DNA from: Ramlibacter sp.
Lineage (GTDB): Bacteria > Pseudomonadota > Gammaproteobacteria > Burkholderiales > Burkholderiaceae_C
Length of the DNA stretch: 56,179 nt
Assembly: GCA_022844525.1 (NCBI GenBank)
Contig: JALHLO010000002.1
Location: forward strand, 1-56,179
Direction of reading: 5' to 3'
The position numbers and the translations under genes are program-made. Below are positions 20,008-29,644 of this stretch, piece by piece (the stretch's first letter is position 1; each line of letters begins with the position of its first letter). The notes under the pieces are model-generated. The model saw nothing but the letters and a program-made list of their open reading frames with translations. It did no database searches and was not told where the DNA came from.

Positions 20008-22976
20008 CGCGCCACCCCCACGAGGGCCAGCAAGCGCTCCCACCATGAGCCCGAATGGGCAGTGGCGCCCTTGCCGCCGGCCTGCCGCCCGAGTTGTTCG
20101 AACAGCTGCCGCAGCACGATCTTGGCGGCGCCCTCCAGCATGCGGCCGCCCACGGCCGCCACCTTGCCCGAGACCTCGGCTTCGTAGTCGTAGCGCAGCA
20201 GCGTGCCGCCATCCCTGGGCTCGAGCGTGACGAGGCCGCTGCCCTTGGCGGTGCCCATGCTGGACAGGCCGGAGCCGGCCAGCCGCAGGCGGCGCGGCGG
20301 CTCCAGATCGCTCAGCGCGATCTCGGCTGCGTAACGCGCCTTGATCATGCCCACGCCCACCGTGACGTCCGCACGGTAGCGGTTGGGGCCGGTCTGCTGC
20401 AGTGCGTGGCAGCCGGGGATGACCTTGGCCAGGGCTGCCGGATCCAGCAGCACGGCGAAGACCGCCTCGGGTTCGGCCGGCAGCAGGATCTCGCCTTGGG
20501 CCGCCAGGGCCTTGCCGGCCTTGCCGCCCGCGGGCCGGGCCGGCGTGGCGCCCCGGGAGGGCGGCGGATCGTCCATGCCCAGCAGGTCCATCACGCGCGA
20601 GGGGGTCAGCGGCAGCGTGACGTCGGCCACGCCGAGCGCGTCGGCCACCGCGTTGGCGATGCAGGGCGGCGTGCTCATGTTGTTGCCCTCGCCCAGTCCC
20701 TTGGCGCCCAGCGGGGTGAACGGGCTGGGGGTTTCCAGGTGCACGATGACCGGGTCGGGCACCTCGCAGGTGGTGGGCACCAGGTAGTCGGCGAAGGTGC
20801 CGGACTGGAAGCTGCCGTCGCTGCCGTAGCGGAACTCCTCCATCAGCGCCGCGCCGAGTCCCTGGGCGAAGGCGCCGCGGATCTGGCCGTCGGCCAGGGC
20901 CGGGTTCAGCAGGGTGCCGGCGTCGTGCGTGGTCACGTAGCGGTCGATCCGGACGCGGCCGGTGGCGCGGTCCACCTCGACGGCGCAGATGTCGAACGCG
21001 AAGCCGTAGGCCGCCGAGGTGTTGACGCGGTCGTCCTCGTCCGGGGCGGTCAGCTGCGGCGGCGACCAGAAGGCGGTCTCGCGCAAGCCCACGGGCTCGC
21101 CCTCGGGCAGCAGGCCGGGCGCCCAGTGCGGGCTGGCGGCCAGCCGGCCGAAGGGCTGGCCGCGCTCGGGCGCGTCCTTGGGATAGACCTTGCCGCCGGC
21201 AAAAACCACCTGGTCGGGCGCGCATCCGAACTGCGCGGCGGCGATACGCGCCAGCTTGTCGCGCAGGCGCTGGCAAGCCAGGTGCAGCGTGCCGGCCACG
21301 GCACCGGCGAAGCGACTGGAGTAGTTGCCGGCCGCGACCGACCAGGCGTCCTTGGCGGTGTCGAACTCGGTGTTCACAGCCACCTCGTCCGGATCGACGC
21401 CGAAGACGTCGGCCGCCAGCTGGGCGCACACGGTGCGGTGGCCCTGGCCGGCCGGCGCGGAGGCGATGACCACCGTCAGGCCGCCCAGCGGGTCGATGCT
21501 CACGGTGGCGGCGGCGATGGCGCCGTTCTTCGGACCTGCCTTGGCGCGCTGCTCGCGTGGCAGCACCGTCGTGATGTAGCCCATGTTGGAGACGGAGGGC
21601 TCCACGATGGCTGCGAAGCCGATGCCGTACAGCCGGCCCTCGGCGCGGGCGGCCGCCTGGCGCTGGCGCAGCTCGTCGAAGCGGCCCGCGCGCAGCGCCA
21701 GCTCCAGGGCCAGCTGGTAGTCGCCGGAGTCGATCAGCGCGCCGGCGGCGGCCCGGTAGGGAAACGCGTCGCGGGGAATGAAGTTGCGGCGATAGACGTC
21801 CAGCGGATCGAGGTTCAGTTCGACCGCGATGCGCTGCACCAGGCGCTCGAGCGCGAAGTACACCTGCGGCCCGCCGAAGCCGCGCACCAGGCCGGAGGGC
21901 GTCCTGCTGGTCAAGACCACCCGGTTGCGCACGCTGAGGTTGGGGATCGCATAGGCGCCGGTCAGGCAGCCGTGCATGCGGTAGAAGGTGGCGGGCTCGG
22001 GCGCGCGCAGGTAGCCGCCGCAGTCGTCGAGCTGGTCGAGCGACAAGGCGGTGATGCGGCCGTCGGCTTCCACCGCCGCAGCCGCGTGGCACAGGCGGCC
22101 GGTGGCCGAGGTCGCGGCGGTCAGGTGCTCCAGCCGGTCTTCCACCCACTTGACGGGGGCGCCGGCCTTGCGCGCCGCCAGGCACATCAGCACGGCCGGG
22201 TTGAGCACGGCTTGCTTGACCCCGAAGCTGCCGCCGGAATCCGGGAAGGTGCGGTGGCGCAGCTTGTTGCCCGGCACCTTGAGCGCCATCGCCATCACGG
22301 TGTGCAGCGAGAACGGCCCCATGAAGTTGGACTGCACGTCGTAGCCGTCCTGCTCGGAGAGGAACTCCGCCACCACCACCGCGCATTCGATCGGCGTGCA
22401 GGAGTTGCGCGGGTATTCGACCGTGAGCGCGACGCGGTGCGGTGCACGGGCAAAGGCCTGTTCGGGGTCGCCGTAGCGGAAGCTGCGGTCGCTCACCACG
22501 TTGCTGCCGACCTTCTCGTGCAGCACCGGGGCGCCTTCCGCGATCGCGGCGCGGATGTCCGCCACCGGCGGCAGGGTTTGGTACTCGGCCTCCAGCAGCT
22601 CCAGCGCGTCCTCCGCGAGGTAGCGGCTCTCGGCGACCACCACCGCCACCGGCTCTCCCACGTAGCGCACCTTGTCCACGGCCAGGGCCCACAGTTCCAT
22701 CGGCGCCTTCACGCCGACGATGAAGGGCTTGGACCAGCGTTGCACGTCCGCGGCGGTCAGGACGGCGCGCACGCCGGGAAGGCCCATGGCCTTGTCGGCA
22801 CGAACGGCCAGCAGCCGGGCGTGGGCATGCGGCGAGCGCAGCACCGCCGCGTGCAGCGTGCCGGCGCGCACGGGCACGTCGTCACCGAAACGGCCGCGGC
22901 CGGTCAGCAGCGGGCGGTCTTCGACGCGCTGCGCGCGGCGGCCCAGGTGGGGGAGGGCGGTGGGTGTTTCAAGCAT
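20004..22976 (-). CDS. hmfA: 2-furoyl-CoA dehydrogenase molybdopterin subunit with C-terminal CoxG/SRPBCC domain, HmfA-like
   Basis: GGSFG, RGFGGPQ, GQGHRT, AKGLGE xanthine oxidase family motifs; CoxG-like tail IPGC...GKVAAVGGRML. Confidence 0.85.
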   Translation of the reverse strand: MLETPTALPHLGRRAQRVEDRPLLTGRGRFGDDVPVRAGTLHAAVLRSPHAHARLLAVRADKAMGLPGVRAVLTAADVQRWSKPFIVGVKAPMELWALAVDKVRYVGEPVAVVVAESRYLAEDALELLEAEYQTLPPVADIRAAIAEGAPVLHEKVGSNVVSDRSFRYGDPEQAFARAPHRVALTVEYPRNSCTPIECAVVVAEFLSEQDGYDVQSNFMGPFSLHTVMAMALKVPGNKLRHRTFPDSGGSFGVKQAVLNPAVLMCLAARKAGAPVKWVEDRLEHLTAATSATGRLCHAAAAVEADGRITALSLDQLDDCGGYLRAPEPATFYRMHGCLTGAYAIPNLSVRNRVVLTSRTPSGLVRGFGGPQVYFALERLVQRIAVELNLDPLDVYRRNFIPRDAFPYRAAAGALIDSGDYQLALELALRAGRFDELRQRQAAARAEGRLYGIGFAAIVEPSVSNMGYITTVLPREQRAKAGPKNGAIAAATVSIDPLGGLTVVIASAPAGQGHRTVCAQLAADVFGVDPDEVAVNTEFDTAKDAWSVAAGNYSSRFAGAVAGTLHLACQRLRDKLARIAAAQFGCAPDQVVFAGGKVYPKDAPERGQPFGRLAASPHWAPGLLPEGEPVGLRETAFWSPPQLTAPDEDDRVNTSAAYGFAFDICAVEVDRATGRVRIDRYVTTHDAGTLLNPALADGQIRGAFAQGLGAALMEEFRYGSDGSFQSGTFADYLVPTTCEVPDPVIVHLETPSPFTPLGAKGLGEGNNMSTPPCIANAVADALGVADVTLPLTPSRVMDLLGMDDPPPSRGATPARPAGGKAGKALAAQGEILLPAEPEAVFAVLLDPAALAKVIPGCHALQQTGPNRYRADVTVGVGMIKARYAAEIALSDLEPPRRLRLAGSGLSSMGTAKGSGLVTLEPRDGGTLLRYDYEAEVSGKVAAVGGRMLEGAAKIVLRQLFEQLGRQAGGKGATAHSGSWWERLLALVGVAR

Positions 22977-23007
22977 GGGGGAGCGGATCGGACCCGTGCA
23001 TGGCCAC

Positions 23008-23982
23008 TCAGTCCACCGTGATGTTGCGGTCGCTCACGACCTTCTTCCACAGGGCCATCTGGCCATCGATGAAGCTGCGGAACTGCGCCGGTGTACCGCC
23101 GTCGGGCGCGACACCCTGTGCGGCGAAGGCCTTCTTCACCTCGTCCTCGTGCAGCATCCGGTTGAGGTCGCTGTTGAGCTTGTCGACGACGGACTGCGGG
23201 GTGCCGGCCGGCACCACGAAGCCATGCCAGGACGAGACCTCGTAACCGGGGATTCCGGCTTCCGCGGCCGTGGGCACATCGGGCAGCAGGGGCGAGCGCT
23301 TCGGCGCCGCGATGGCGAGCGGGCGCACGCGGCTCGTCTGCATGAAGGGCATCGCGTGCGGCAGCAGGTCCAGGGCCACATCGAACTGGCCACCGGCCAG
23401 ATCGGTCAGCATGGGGGTGCTCCCCTTGTAGGGGACCTGGCGCATCTGCGTGCCCGTCGCGGTTTCGAACAACGCCATCGCCAGGTGGTTCGAGGAGCCG
23501 GCTCCCGAGGAACCATAGGTCAACGCATTCGGCCTGGCGCGGGCCGCGGCAAGGACGTCCTTGGCGCTGCGGTACGGACTCTGCGCGTGGGTCACCAGCA
23601 GCATGGGCGAGCGCCCCGCCAGCATCACCGGCGCGAAGGCCTTCTGCGTGTCGTAAGCGATGTTCTTGTACAGCCACGGGTTGGCAGCGTAGGGGAACTG
23701 CACGACCAGGAGGGTGTGGCCATCGGGCGCCGCGGCGGCCACTTCCTTGGTGCCGATCATGGTGCCGGCGCCCGGCTTGTTGTCGACGATCACCGGCTTC
23801 TTCCAGTAGTCGCCCAGGTGCTTGGCCGCGAGCCGGCCTAGGGTGTCGTTGAAGCCGCCGGCCGGATAGGGCACGACGATGCGGACCGGCTTGGTCGGGT
23901 ACTCCTGCGCCTGGGCGGCGGCGATGCCGCAGGCGGCAAGGACCGCGAGCATTCGCAGCGCTTTGCGGGAGGTGGGGAACAT
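23008..23982 (-). CDS. Bug/TctC tripartite tricarboxylate transporter substrate-binding protein
   Basis: YPTKPVRIVVPYPAGG, NKPGAG, VPYKG, LPDVPT. Confidence 0.93.
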   Translation of the reverse strand: MFPTSRKALRMLAVLAACGIAAAQAQEYPTKPVRIVVPYPAGGFNDTLGRLAAKHLGDYWKKPVIVDNKPGAGTMIGTKEVAAAAPDGHTLLVVQFPYAANPWLYKNIAYDTQKAFAPVMLAGRSPMLLVTHAQSPYRSAKDVLAAARARPNALTYGSSGAGSSNHLAMALFETATGTQMRQVPYKGSTPMLTDLAGGQFDVALDLLPHAMPFMQTSRVRPLAIAAPKRSPLLPDVPTAAEAGIPGYEVSSWHGFVVPAGTPQSVVDKLNSDLNRMLHEDEVKKAFAAQGVAPDGGTPAQFRSFIDGQMALWKKVVSDRNITVD

Positions 23983-24078
23983 GGAAGTTGTCTCCGTTGA
24001 TTGACTGTTCTCTGGCGGGCGCGGGGGCGGGACTGCTCTGTGGGGGGCGAGTCTAGGAATCACGCGGTATCAGGTCAA

Positions 24079-24115
24079 TTAAGGTTTTATGATGCTTCGG
24101 ATCAGATTTGGTGAT
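24079..24115. promoter_or_regulatory. Putative LysR boxes for the divergent bug-hmf operon
   Basis: ATCA-N7-TGAT at 24101-24115 (T-N11-A) and a weaker TTAA-N7-TGAT at 24079-24093, 22 bp apart. Confidence 0.65.
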
Positions 24116-24128
24116 GACCTCGGCGACC

Positions 24129-25058
24129 ATGGAATTCCGGCAGATCCAGTACTTCATCAGCCTCTACGAGGACGGTTCGGTGACTCGCGCGGCGCGCCGC
24201 CTGCACATCGTCCAGTCGGCGCTCAGCATGCAGATGGCCAAGCTGGAGGCGGAGGTGGGGCAGCCTCTGTTCATGCGCACTTCGCAAGGCATGCAGCCAA
24301 CCCCCGAGGGGCGCCGCCTGTACCGCCTGTTCCTCCCGGTGGTGACCGGTTTCCAGCGGGCGCGCGAACAGGTCGTCGAAGCCACTGGCGAACTGAGCGG
24401 AGAGGTACGCTTCGGGATGATCGCGACCATCGCGCAAGGCGTCCTGGTCGATGCGATCATGGAGTTCTCCCCGGCCCATCCGAAGGTCGAGCTGTCGATG
24501 ACGGATGGCTTCAGCGGCGACCTGATCGATGCGGTCGCGCTGGGACAACTCGATGCGGCCGTCATCAACAAGCCACGGCGGGCGCTGACCCTCAGGAGCG
24601 AAACGATCGCCGAAGAGGACTTGCTCCTGGTCACGGGGCCGGCCCATGCGGACGTGCCTGCATCCCTGGGTTTCAGCGGAATGTCGGCCTTGAAGCTGGT
24701 GCTCCCCACGCGCCGGCACGGTCTGCGCGGGATCATCGAGAGCTTCGCCGAAGCGGAGGATGTGAATCTGAGCCCGAGCCTCGAGATGGATTCCATCAGC
24801 GCCATCGTGAAGCTGGTGAGCGAGAGCGATTTCTGCACGCTCCTGCCCCATGTCGCCGTCCGTGGCCAGTTCGAACGCGCGGAATTGAAGGGGCATCGCT
24901 TCGTCTCCCCCCGATTGCGGCGGCAGATCGTGGCCGTGACCGATCCGAAAAGGCCGCTGAGTCCCGCCGCCGCCGCGTTCCTCTCGGTTCTGCGACGCCA
25001 TCTGGTGGGCCTGGGACCCGTGCCGCCCCGCGACGGTGACGGCCGGCTCATACGCTGA
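24129..25058 (+). CDS. LysR family transcriptional regulator (HmfR-like position)
   Basis: MEFRQIQYF...GSVTRAARRLHIVQSALSMQMAKLEAEVG HTH; divergent from the hmf operon. Confidence 0.93.
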   Translation: MEFRQIQYFISLYEDGSVTRAARRLHIVQSALSMQMAKLEAEVGQPLFMRTSQGMQPTPEGRRLYRLFLPVVTGFQRAREQVVEATGELSGEVRFGMIATIAQGVLVDAIMEFSPAHPKVELSMTDGFSGDLIDAVALGQLDAAVINKPRRALTLRSETIAEEDLLLVTGPAHADVPASLGFSGMSALKLVLPTRRHGLRGIIESFAEAEDVNLSPSLEMDSISAIVKLVSESDFCTLLPHVAVRGQFERAELKGHRFVSPRLRRQIVAVTDPKRPLSPAAAAFLSVLRRHLVGLGPVPPRDGDGRLIR

Positions 25059-25755
25059 TCCGTCCGAGCAACGCCGCCCGGCCGGCGTCGTTCGAAGAGT
25101 CGCCCTCGGCCACCACCCGGCCGCGCTCGATCAGGTAGTAGCGCGTGGTCAGCCTCACCGCCCGGTGCACGTTCTGCTCGACGAGGACGATGGGAATCCC
25201 CTCCCGGGCGAGCTGCCCGATCAGCGAGAACAGCTCTTCGACGATCATCGGCGCCAGTCCCTCGGTGGGCTCGTCGATCAGCAGCAGCCGCGGCGCTCCG
25301 GCCAGCACGCGCGCAATGGCCAGCATCTGCTGCTCGCCGCCCGAAAGCGTGGTGCCCATCTGGCGCCGCCGCTCCGCCAGCCGCGGAAAGCGCTGGTAGA
25401 TCTCGTCGAGCTTCGCGCGCGACGCGGCCCGGCTGCGTCCCGGACACTGCATCTGGCCGAGGCGCAGGTTCTCCTCGACGGTCAGGCCGGGGAAGATGCG
25501 CCTGTCCTCCGGCACCAGCCCGATCCCGCGCCGGCAGATCTGGTCAGGCGCCACGCCACGCAAGCGCTCGCCTTCGAACAGCACCTCGCCCCTGGAGGGT
25601 GGCACCCATCCGGCGATGGTCTTGATCACGGTGGTCTTGCCGACGCCGTTGCGCCCGAACAGCCCGACGACCTCCCCCTTGCCGACGCGCAGGTCGATGC
25701 CCTGCAGCACGTGGCTCAGGCCATAGTGCGTGTGAACGTCCTTCAGTTCCAGCAT
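25048..25755 (-). CDS. ABC transporter ATP-binding protein (LivF-like)
   Basis: GRNGVGKTT, LSGGEQQML, DEPTEGLAP. Confidence 0.93.
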   Translation of the reverse strand: MLELKDVHTHYGLSHVLQGIDLRVGKGEVVGLFGRNGVGKTTVIKTIAGWVPPSRGEVLFEGERLRGVAPDQICRRGIGLVPEDRRIFPGLTVEENLRLGQMQCPGRSRAASRAKLDEIYQRFPRLAERRRQMGTTLSGGEQQMLAIARVLAGAPRLLLIDEPTEGLAPMIVEELFSLIGQLAREGIPIVLVEQNVHRAVRLTTRYYLIERGRVVAEGDSSNDAGRAALLGRISV

Positions 25756-26504
25756 CAGTGCGCTTCCCCGAAATAGGCGGCCTGGACCGCCGCATTGGCC
25801 CGCACCGCCGCCGGCGCGCCCTCGGCCAGCTTCTGGCCCTGGTGCATCACGACCACGTGATCGGACAGGTCCATGACCAGATCGACGTCGTGCTCCACGA
25901 GCAGGATCGACAAACCGTCTTCCCGTGCCAGACGGCGAATGAGCACCTCGGTGTCGCGCGTGTCGGCATGGCTCATGCCCTGCGTGGGTTCATCCAGCAG
26001 CAGCATGCGCGGCCGCGAGGCCAGCGCCACCGCGATCTCGAGTCGTCGCTGCTCGCCGTGCGACAGGAAGCCGGCCAGCTCGTCCGCCTTGCGGGCCAGT
26101 TCGAACTGCGCCAGCAGTTCCTCCACCCGCTGCGCCGCCCGCGCGCTGCGCGACAGGGGCCGCAGCAGGCCGTGGCCTTGCTCGAGATATTGCGCGGCCA
26201 GGCGCAGGTTTTCGCGCACCGGCAGCTCGAAGAACAGGTTGGTGATCTGGAACGAGCGCGACAAGCCGGCGTCCAGCATCCGGTCCGGGGGCAACCCGGT
26301 CACATCGCGCCCGTCGAAGCGCACCGTGCCCGCGCTGGGACGAATCGCGCCGCTGACCAGGTTGAACAGGGTGCTCTTGCCGGCCCCATTGGGACCGATC
26401 ACCGCGGTGATCGCGCCGGCCATGGCCTGGAAGCTCACCTCCTGCACCGCCTTGAGCGCGCCGAACTGCACACTCACGCCATCGACCGACAGAATGGCGC
26501 TCAT
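25755..26504 (-). CDS. ABC transporter ATP-binding protein (LivG-like)
   Basis: GPNGAGKST, LSHGEQRRLE, LLDEPT, VEHD. Confidence 0.93.
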   Translation of the reverse strand: MSAILSVDGVSVQFGALKAVQEVSFQAMAGAITAVIGPNGAGKSTLFNLVSGAIRPSAGTVRFDGRDVTGLPPDRMLDAGLSRSFQITNLFFELPVRENLRLAAQYLEQGHGLLRPLSRSARAAQRVEELLAQFELARKADELAGFLSHGEQRRLEIAVALASRPRMLLLDEPTQGMSHADTRDTEVLIRRLAREDGLSILLVEHDVDLVMDLSDHVVVMHQGQKLAEGAPAAVRANAAVQAAYFGEAH

Positions 26505-27529
26505 GCGGCCTCCCTCGCGGCGCGCCGCGCGTCCAGCCACCGCTGCAGGGCGGGCGCCCCGTAGCCGACCAGGCCGCGCGGCATCAGGATCACGACGACG
26601 ACGAACAGCACGCCGATCACGATGTGGTGGTGGGTCGTGAACGAGCCCACGATGGAACGCAAGCCCGTGAGCAGCGCGGTGCCATACAGCGGCCCGATCA
26701 GGGTTCCCGTGCCACCGACGATGACGTTGATGATGGCGTTGCCCGACACCTGGAAGAACATCAGCTCGGGCGACACGAAACCCCGCAGCATCGGATACAG
26801 CGCGCCGCTGCCGCCGGCGATGGCGGCCGCCAGCACGAAGGCCCCCAGCTTGTAGCGCCAGGCGTCGAAGCCGAGGAAGGCCACGCGGTGCTCGTTGGCA
26901 CGGATGGCATCCAGCAGCCGCCCCAGGGGCGTGTCCATCAGGTAGCGCAACCCGAGGTAGACCGCCGCTATGAAGGCCAGCACCACGAGGAAGAAACCGG
27001 CCGGCGATGCGGAGGTCAGGCCCGGAAAGATCACCGCGCCCGGAACGCCGATGATGCCGTCGGAGGCCCCCAGCTCGCGTGTGTTGTAGACGACCTTCGA
27101 CACCACCTGCGCCAGTCCGAAGCTGATGAGGGCGAAGTACACGCCCTTGGCGCGGATGGCGATCACGCCTCCCACCAGCCCGACCGCCGCGCTCACGACC
27201 AGCGTGACCGCCAACGCGATCCAGAACGAAGCGCTCCACTCCTTGAGCACCAGCGCCGAGACGTAGGCGCCGAGCCCGAAGAACAGCGCCTGCCCGAGCG
27301 GCAGCAGGCCGGTGCGTCCCAGCAGCAGGTCCACCGAGAGCGCCAGGCCCCCGAAGATCAGCGCCTCGGTCGCCAGCCGGAGGAAGAACACGTCACCCAT
27401 GAGGAGGGCGGCGGCGGCGAACACCAGGGCGCCGGCGAAGAACGCGGTCGCCAGCCATCGGATGGCGCTCCAGGGGCGGCGCGCCGCGCTCACCGGCGGC
27501 GCGACGGAGGCAAGTGCCGTGTCATGCAT
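26501..27529 (-). CDS. Branched-chain-type ABC permease (LivM-like)
   Basis: G.LPLGQALFFGLGAY, GVYFALIS, AIRANE, GGTGTLIGP. Confidence 0.92.
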   Translation of the reverse strand: MHDTALASVAPPVSAARRPWSAIRWLATAFFAGALVFAAAALLMGDVFFLRLATEALIFGGLALSVDLLLGRTGLLPLGQALFFGLGAYVSALVLKEWSASFWIALAVTLVVSAAVGLVGGVIAIRAKGVYFALISFGLAQVVSKVVYNTRELGASDGIIGVPGAVIFPGLTSASPAGFFLVVLAFIAAVYLGLRYLMDTPLGRLLDAIRANEHRVAFLGFDAWRYKLGAFVLAAAIAGGSGALYPMLRGFVSPELMFFQVSGNAIINVIVGGTGTLIGPLYGTALLTGLRSIVGSFTTHHHIVIGVLFVVVVILMPRGLVGYGAPALQRWLDARRAAREAA

Positions 27530-28415
27530 GACCGAGCTTTCCGTACAGGCCCTGCGGCCGCCACATGAGGACCAGCACCATGATCCCGAACAGCAGGGGA
27601 TCGCTCCACACCGGCGAGATGTACAGGCTGGAGAGGGACTGCACCTGCGTGAGCAGCAGGCCTGCCAGCACCGCGCCCTTGATCGAGCCCATGCCGCCGA
27701 TGATCACGACGCTGAACGCGATCAGCACGAAGTCGCGGCCCATGGTGGGGAACACCGAATAGAGCGGGGCCAGCAGAACGCCGGCCGTCGCCGCCAGCGC
27801 CGCGCCGAAGGCGAAGGTGCCGGCATACACGCGCGCCACGGGCACGCCCAGGGATGCGCTCATCTGGCGGTCGAAGGCGGCCGCGCGCACCACCGCGCCC
27901 ACGGACGTGCGGAACACCAGCAGCCAGACCGCCGCGATCAGCGCCCCGCCGAACAGCATGACGAACAGGCGGTAGTTGGGGAAGAACAGTCCGACCATTT
28001 CCGTCGCGCCGGTGATCGGCGACTCCACGCGCACGGGGTTCGCGCCGAAAATGATCTTGAGCAGGTCTTCCAGCACCACCGCCAGGCCGAAGGTCAGCAG
28101 CAGCGTCAGCGTATGCCGGTCACGGCTGTGGAAGACCCGCTGCACCAGGGCCCGCTCGGTGACGTAGCCCAGCACCGCCATGATCAGCGGCGCCAGGACC
28201 AGCGCCCCCCAGAACGGCAGGCCCAGGCCGAGCAGCACCACGGCCAGGTAGGCGCCGATGGCGTAGAACTCGCCGTGGGCCATGTTGATCACGTCCAGCA
28301 GGCCGAAGATGATCGTCAGGCCCAGTGCCATCAGCACCACGGCCACTCCGATGGACAGGCCGTTGATCATCTGCGGCGCCAGCACGAACTGGAGCCACTC
28401 CAGGGCAGCACTCAT
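27522..28415 (-). CDS. Branched-chain-type ABC permease (LivH-like)
   Basis: ALGLTIIFG, INMAHGEF, GGMGSIKG, RPQGL. Confidence 0.92.
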   Translation of the reverse strand: MSAALEWLQFVLAPQMINGLSIGVAVVLMALGLTIIFGLLDVINMAHGEFYAIGAYLAVVLLGLGLPFWGALVLAPLIMAVLGYVTERALVQRVFHSRDRHTLTLLLTFGLAVVLEDLLKIIFGANPVRVESPITGATEMVGLFFPNYRLFVMLFGGALIAAVWLLVFRTSVGAVVRAAAFDRQMSASLGVPVARVYAGTFAFGAALAATAGVLLAPLYSVFPTMGRDFVLIAFSVVIIGGMGSIKGAVLAGLLLTQVQSLSSLYISPVWSDPLLFGIMVLVLMWRPQGLYGKLGHA

Positions 28416-28433
28416 GGGCGTCTGCTCTTTCGT

Positions 28434-29609
28434 TCAGAAGCGGGTGCAGGTGTCCGGCCCGATGGCCGCGTCCGCCTTGACGCGGCCCACGATCTCGAAC
28501 TTTCCGTTGTTGACCCGCATCGCGTACATCTCCTGCATGGCCTGGTGATCGCCTGCGCGCATGGTCTTGAGCCCCTGCGGCGTGCTCCACTGGAGGCCGC
28601 GCATCGCTTCGCGCACCTTGTCGGTGTCGGTGCTCTTGGCCTTCTCCACGGCCGCCTTGTAGAAGAACAGCACGCCATAGCTGTCGGCTCCGTACAGGTC
28701 GGGCGCCGCCTTGTTGGCGGCCTGGAAGTCGGCGACGAACTTCTTGTTCTCCGGCGTGTCGATGCCGGTCGTATAGCCGACGCCGGTGACGAAGCCGTCC
28801 GCCGCCTTGCCGATGGCCGGCAGGTTCTGCGACGTCACCGTTCCCGAGGCGCCGACCACCTGCACGTTGCGGTTGAGGCCGAACTCCGCCATCTGCGTGA
28901 ACAGGCGGACCGTGTCGTTGCCGGCCACCGAGGTGTAGATGACCGCGGGGCGAGCCGAGCGCATCTGCCCGAAGAAGGGCGAGTAGTCCTTGTTGTCCAG
29001 CGGCGCGAACACCTCGCCGACCGACTTGGCGCCCTTGGCTTCGGCGGCCGACTTGAACGCGGCCACGGTGCTGCGGCCCATCTCGTAGTCCGGGCCGAGG
29101 TAGAACACGTTGGCGTTCGGCTTGGTCGCTGCCATCCAGTCGGCCAGGGCGGCGGACTGCATGCCGGCCCGCGCATTCACCCGGAACACGTTGGGCGAGC
29201 ACTTGTCGGCGGTGATGCTGTCGGCGAAGGAAACGGTGGTGGCGATCAGCCGGCTGTTGCGCTCGGCCACCTGCCCCACGGCCAGGGTGGCGCCGGAGTT
29301 CACGGTGCCGGTCAGGAAATCCACCTTGCTCACCTGGAACAGCTTCTCGGCCTTCTGCACGGCGACGGCGGGATTGGCTTCCTCGTCTTCGTAGATCAGC
29401 TCGATGGGCCGGCCGGCGATGCCGCCGCCGGCATTGATCTGGCGTGCCGCGAGGTCCAGGCCCCACTTGACCTGCTGGCCGATGCCGGCGTAGGTTCCCG
29501 TCAGGGGCGTGACCACGCCGATGCGGATGGGCCCGGTCTGGGCCATGGCGGCGCCGCTGAGCGCGGAAAGCGCAAAGGTGGCCGATGCGAGCGTGATGAT
29601 GCGTTTCAT
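28434..29609 (-). CDS. ABC transporter substrate-binding protein (Liv/HAAT family)
   Basis: Signal peptide, IRIGVVTPLTG, INAGGGIAGRPIEL; AGGAG RBS. Confidence 0.92.
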   Translation of the reverse strand: MKRIITLASATFALSALSGAAMAQTGPIRIGVVTPLTGTYAGIGQQVKWGLDLAARQINAGGGIAGRPIELIYEDEEANPAVAVQKAEKLFQVSKVDFLTGTVNSGATLAVGQVAERNSRLIATTVSFADSITADKCSPNVFRVNARAGMQSAALADWMAATKPNANVFYLGPDYEMGRSTVAAFKSAAEAKGAKSVGEVFAPLDNKDYSPFFGQMRSARPAVIYTSVAGNDTVRLFTQMAEFGLNRNVQVVGASGTVTSQNLPAIGKAADGFVTGVGYTTGIDTPENKKFVADFQAANKAAPDLYGADSYGVLFFYKAAVEKAKSTDTDKVREAMRGLQWSTPQGLKTMRAGDHQAMQEMYAMRVNNGKFEIVGRVKADAAIGPDTCTRF

Positions 29610-29644
29610 GACTTGTCTCCTGTGTGTGGTTTGGCGGTAGGGAA

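Noticed and set aside
18662-22976. Call as aerobic CO dehydrogenase, or CoxG fusion as a novelty
   Set aside because: No AYxCSFR active-site loop; the CoA ligase/crotonase/UbiD context fits HmfABC, and as far as I recall the CoxG-like tail is normal for HmfA
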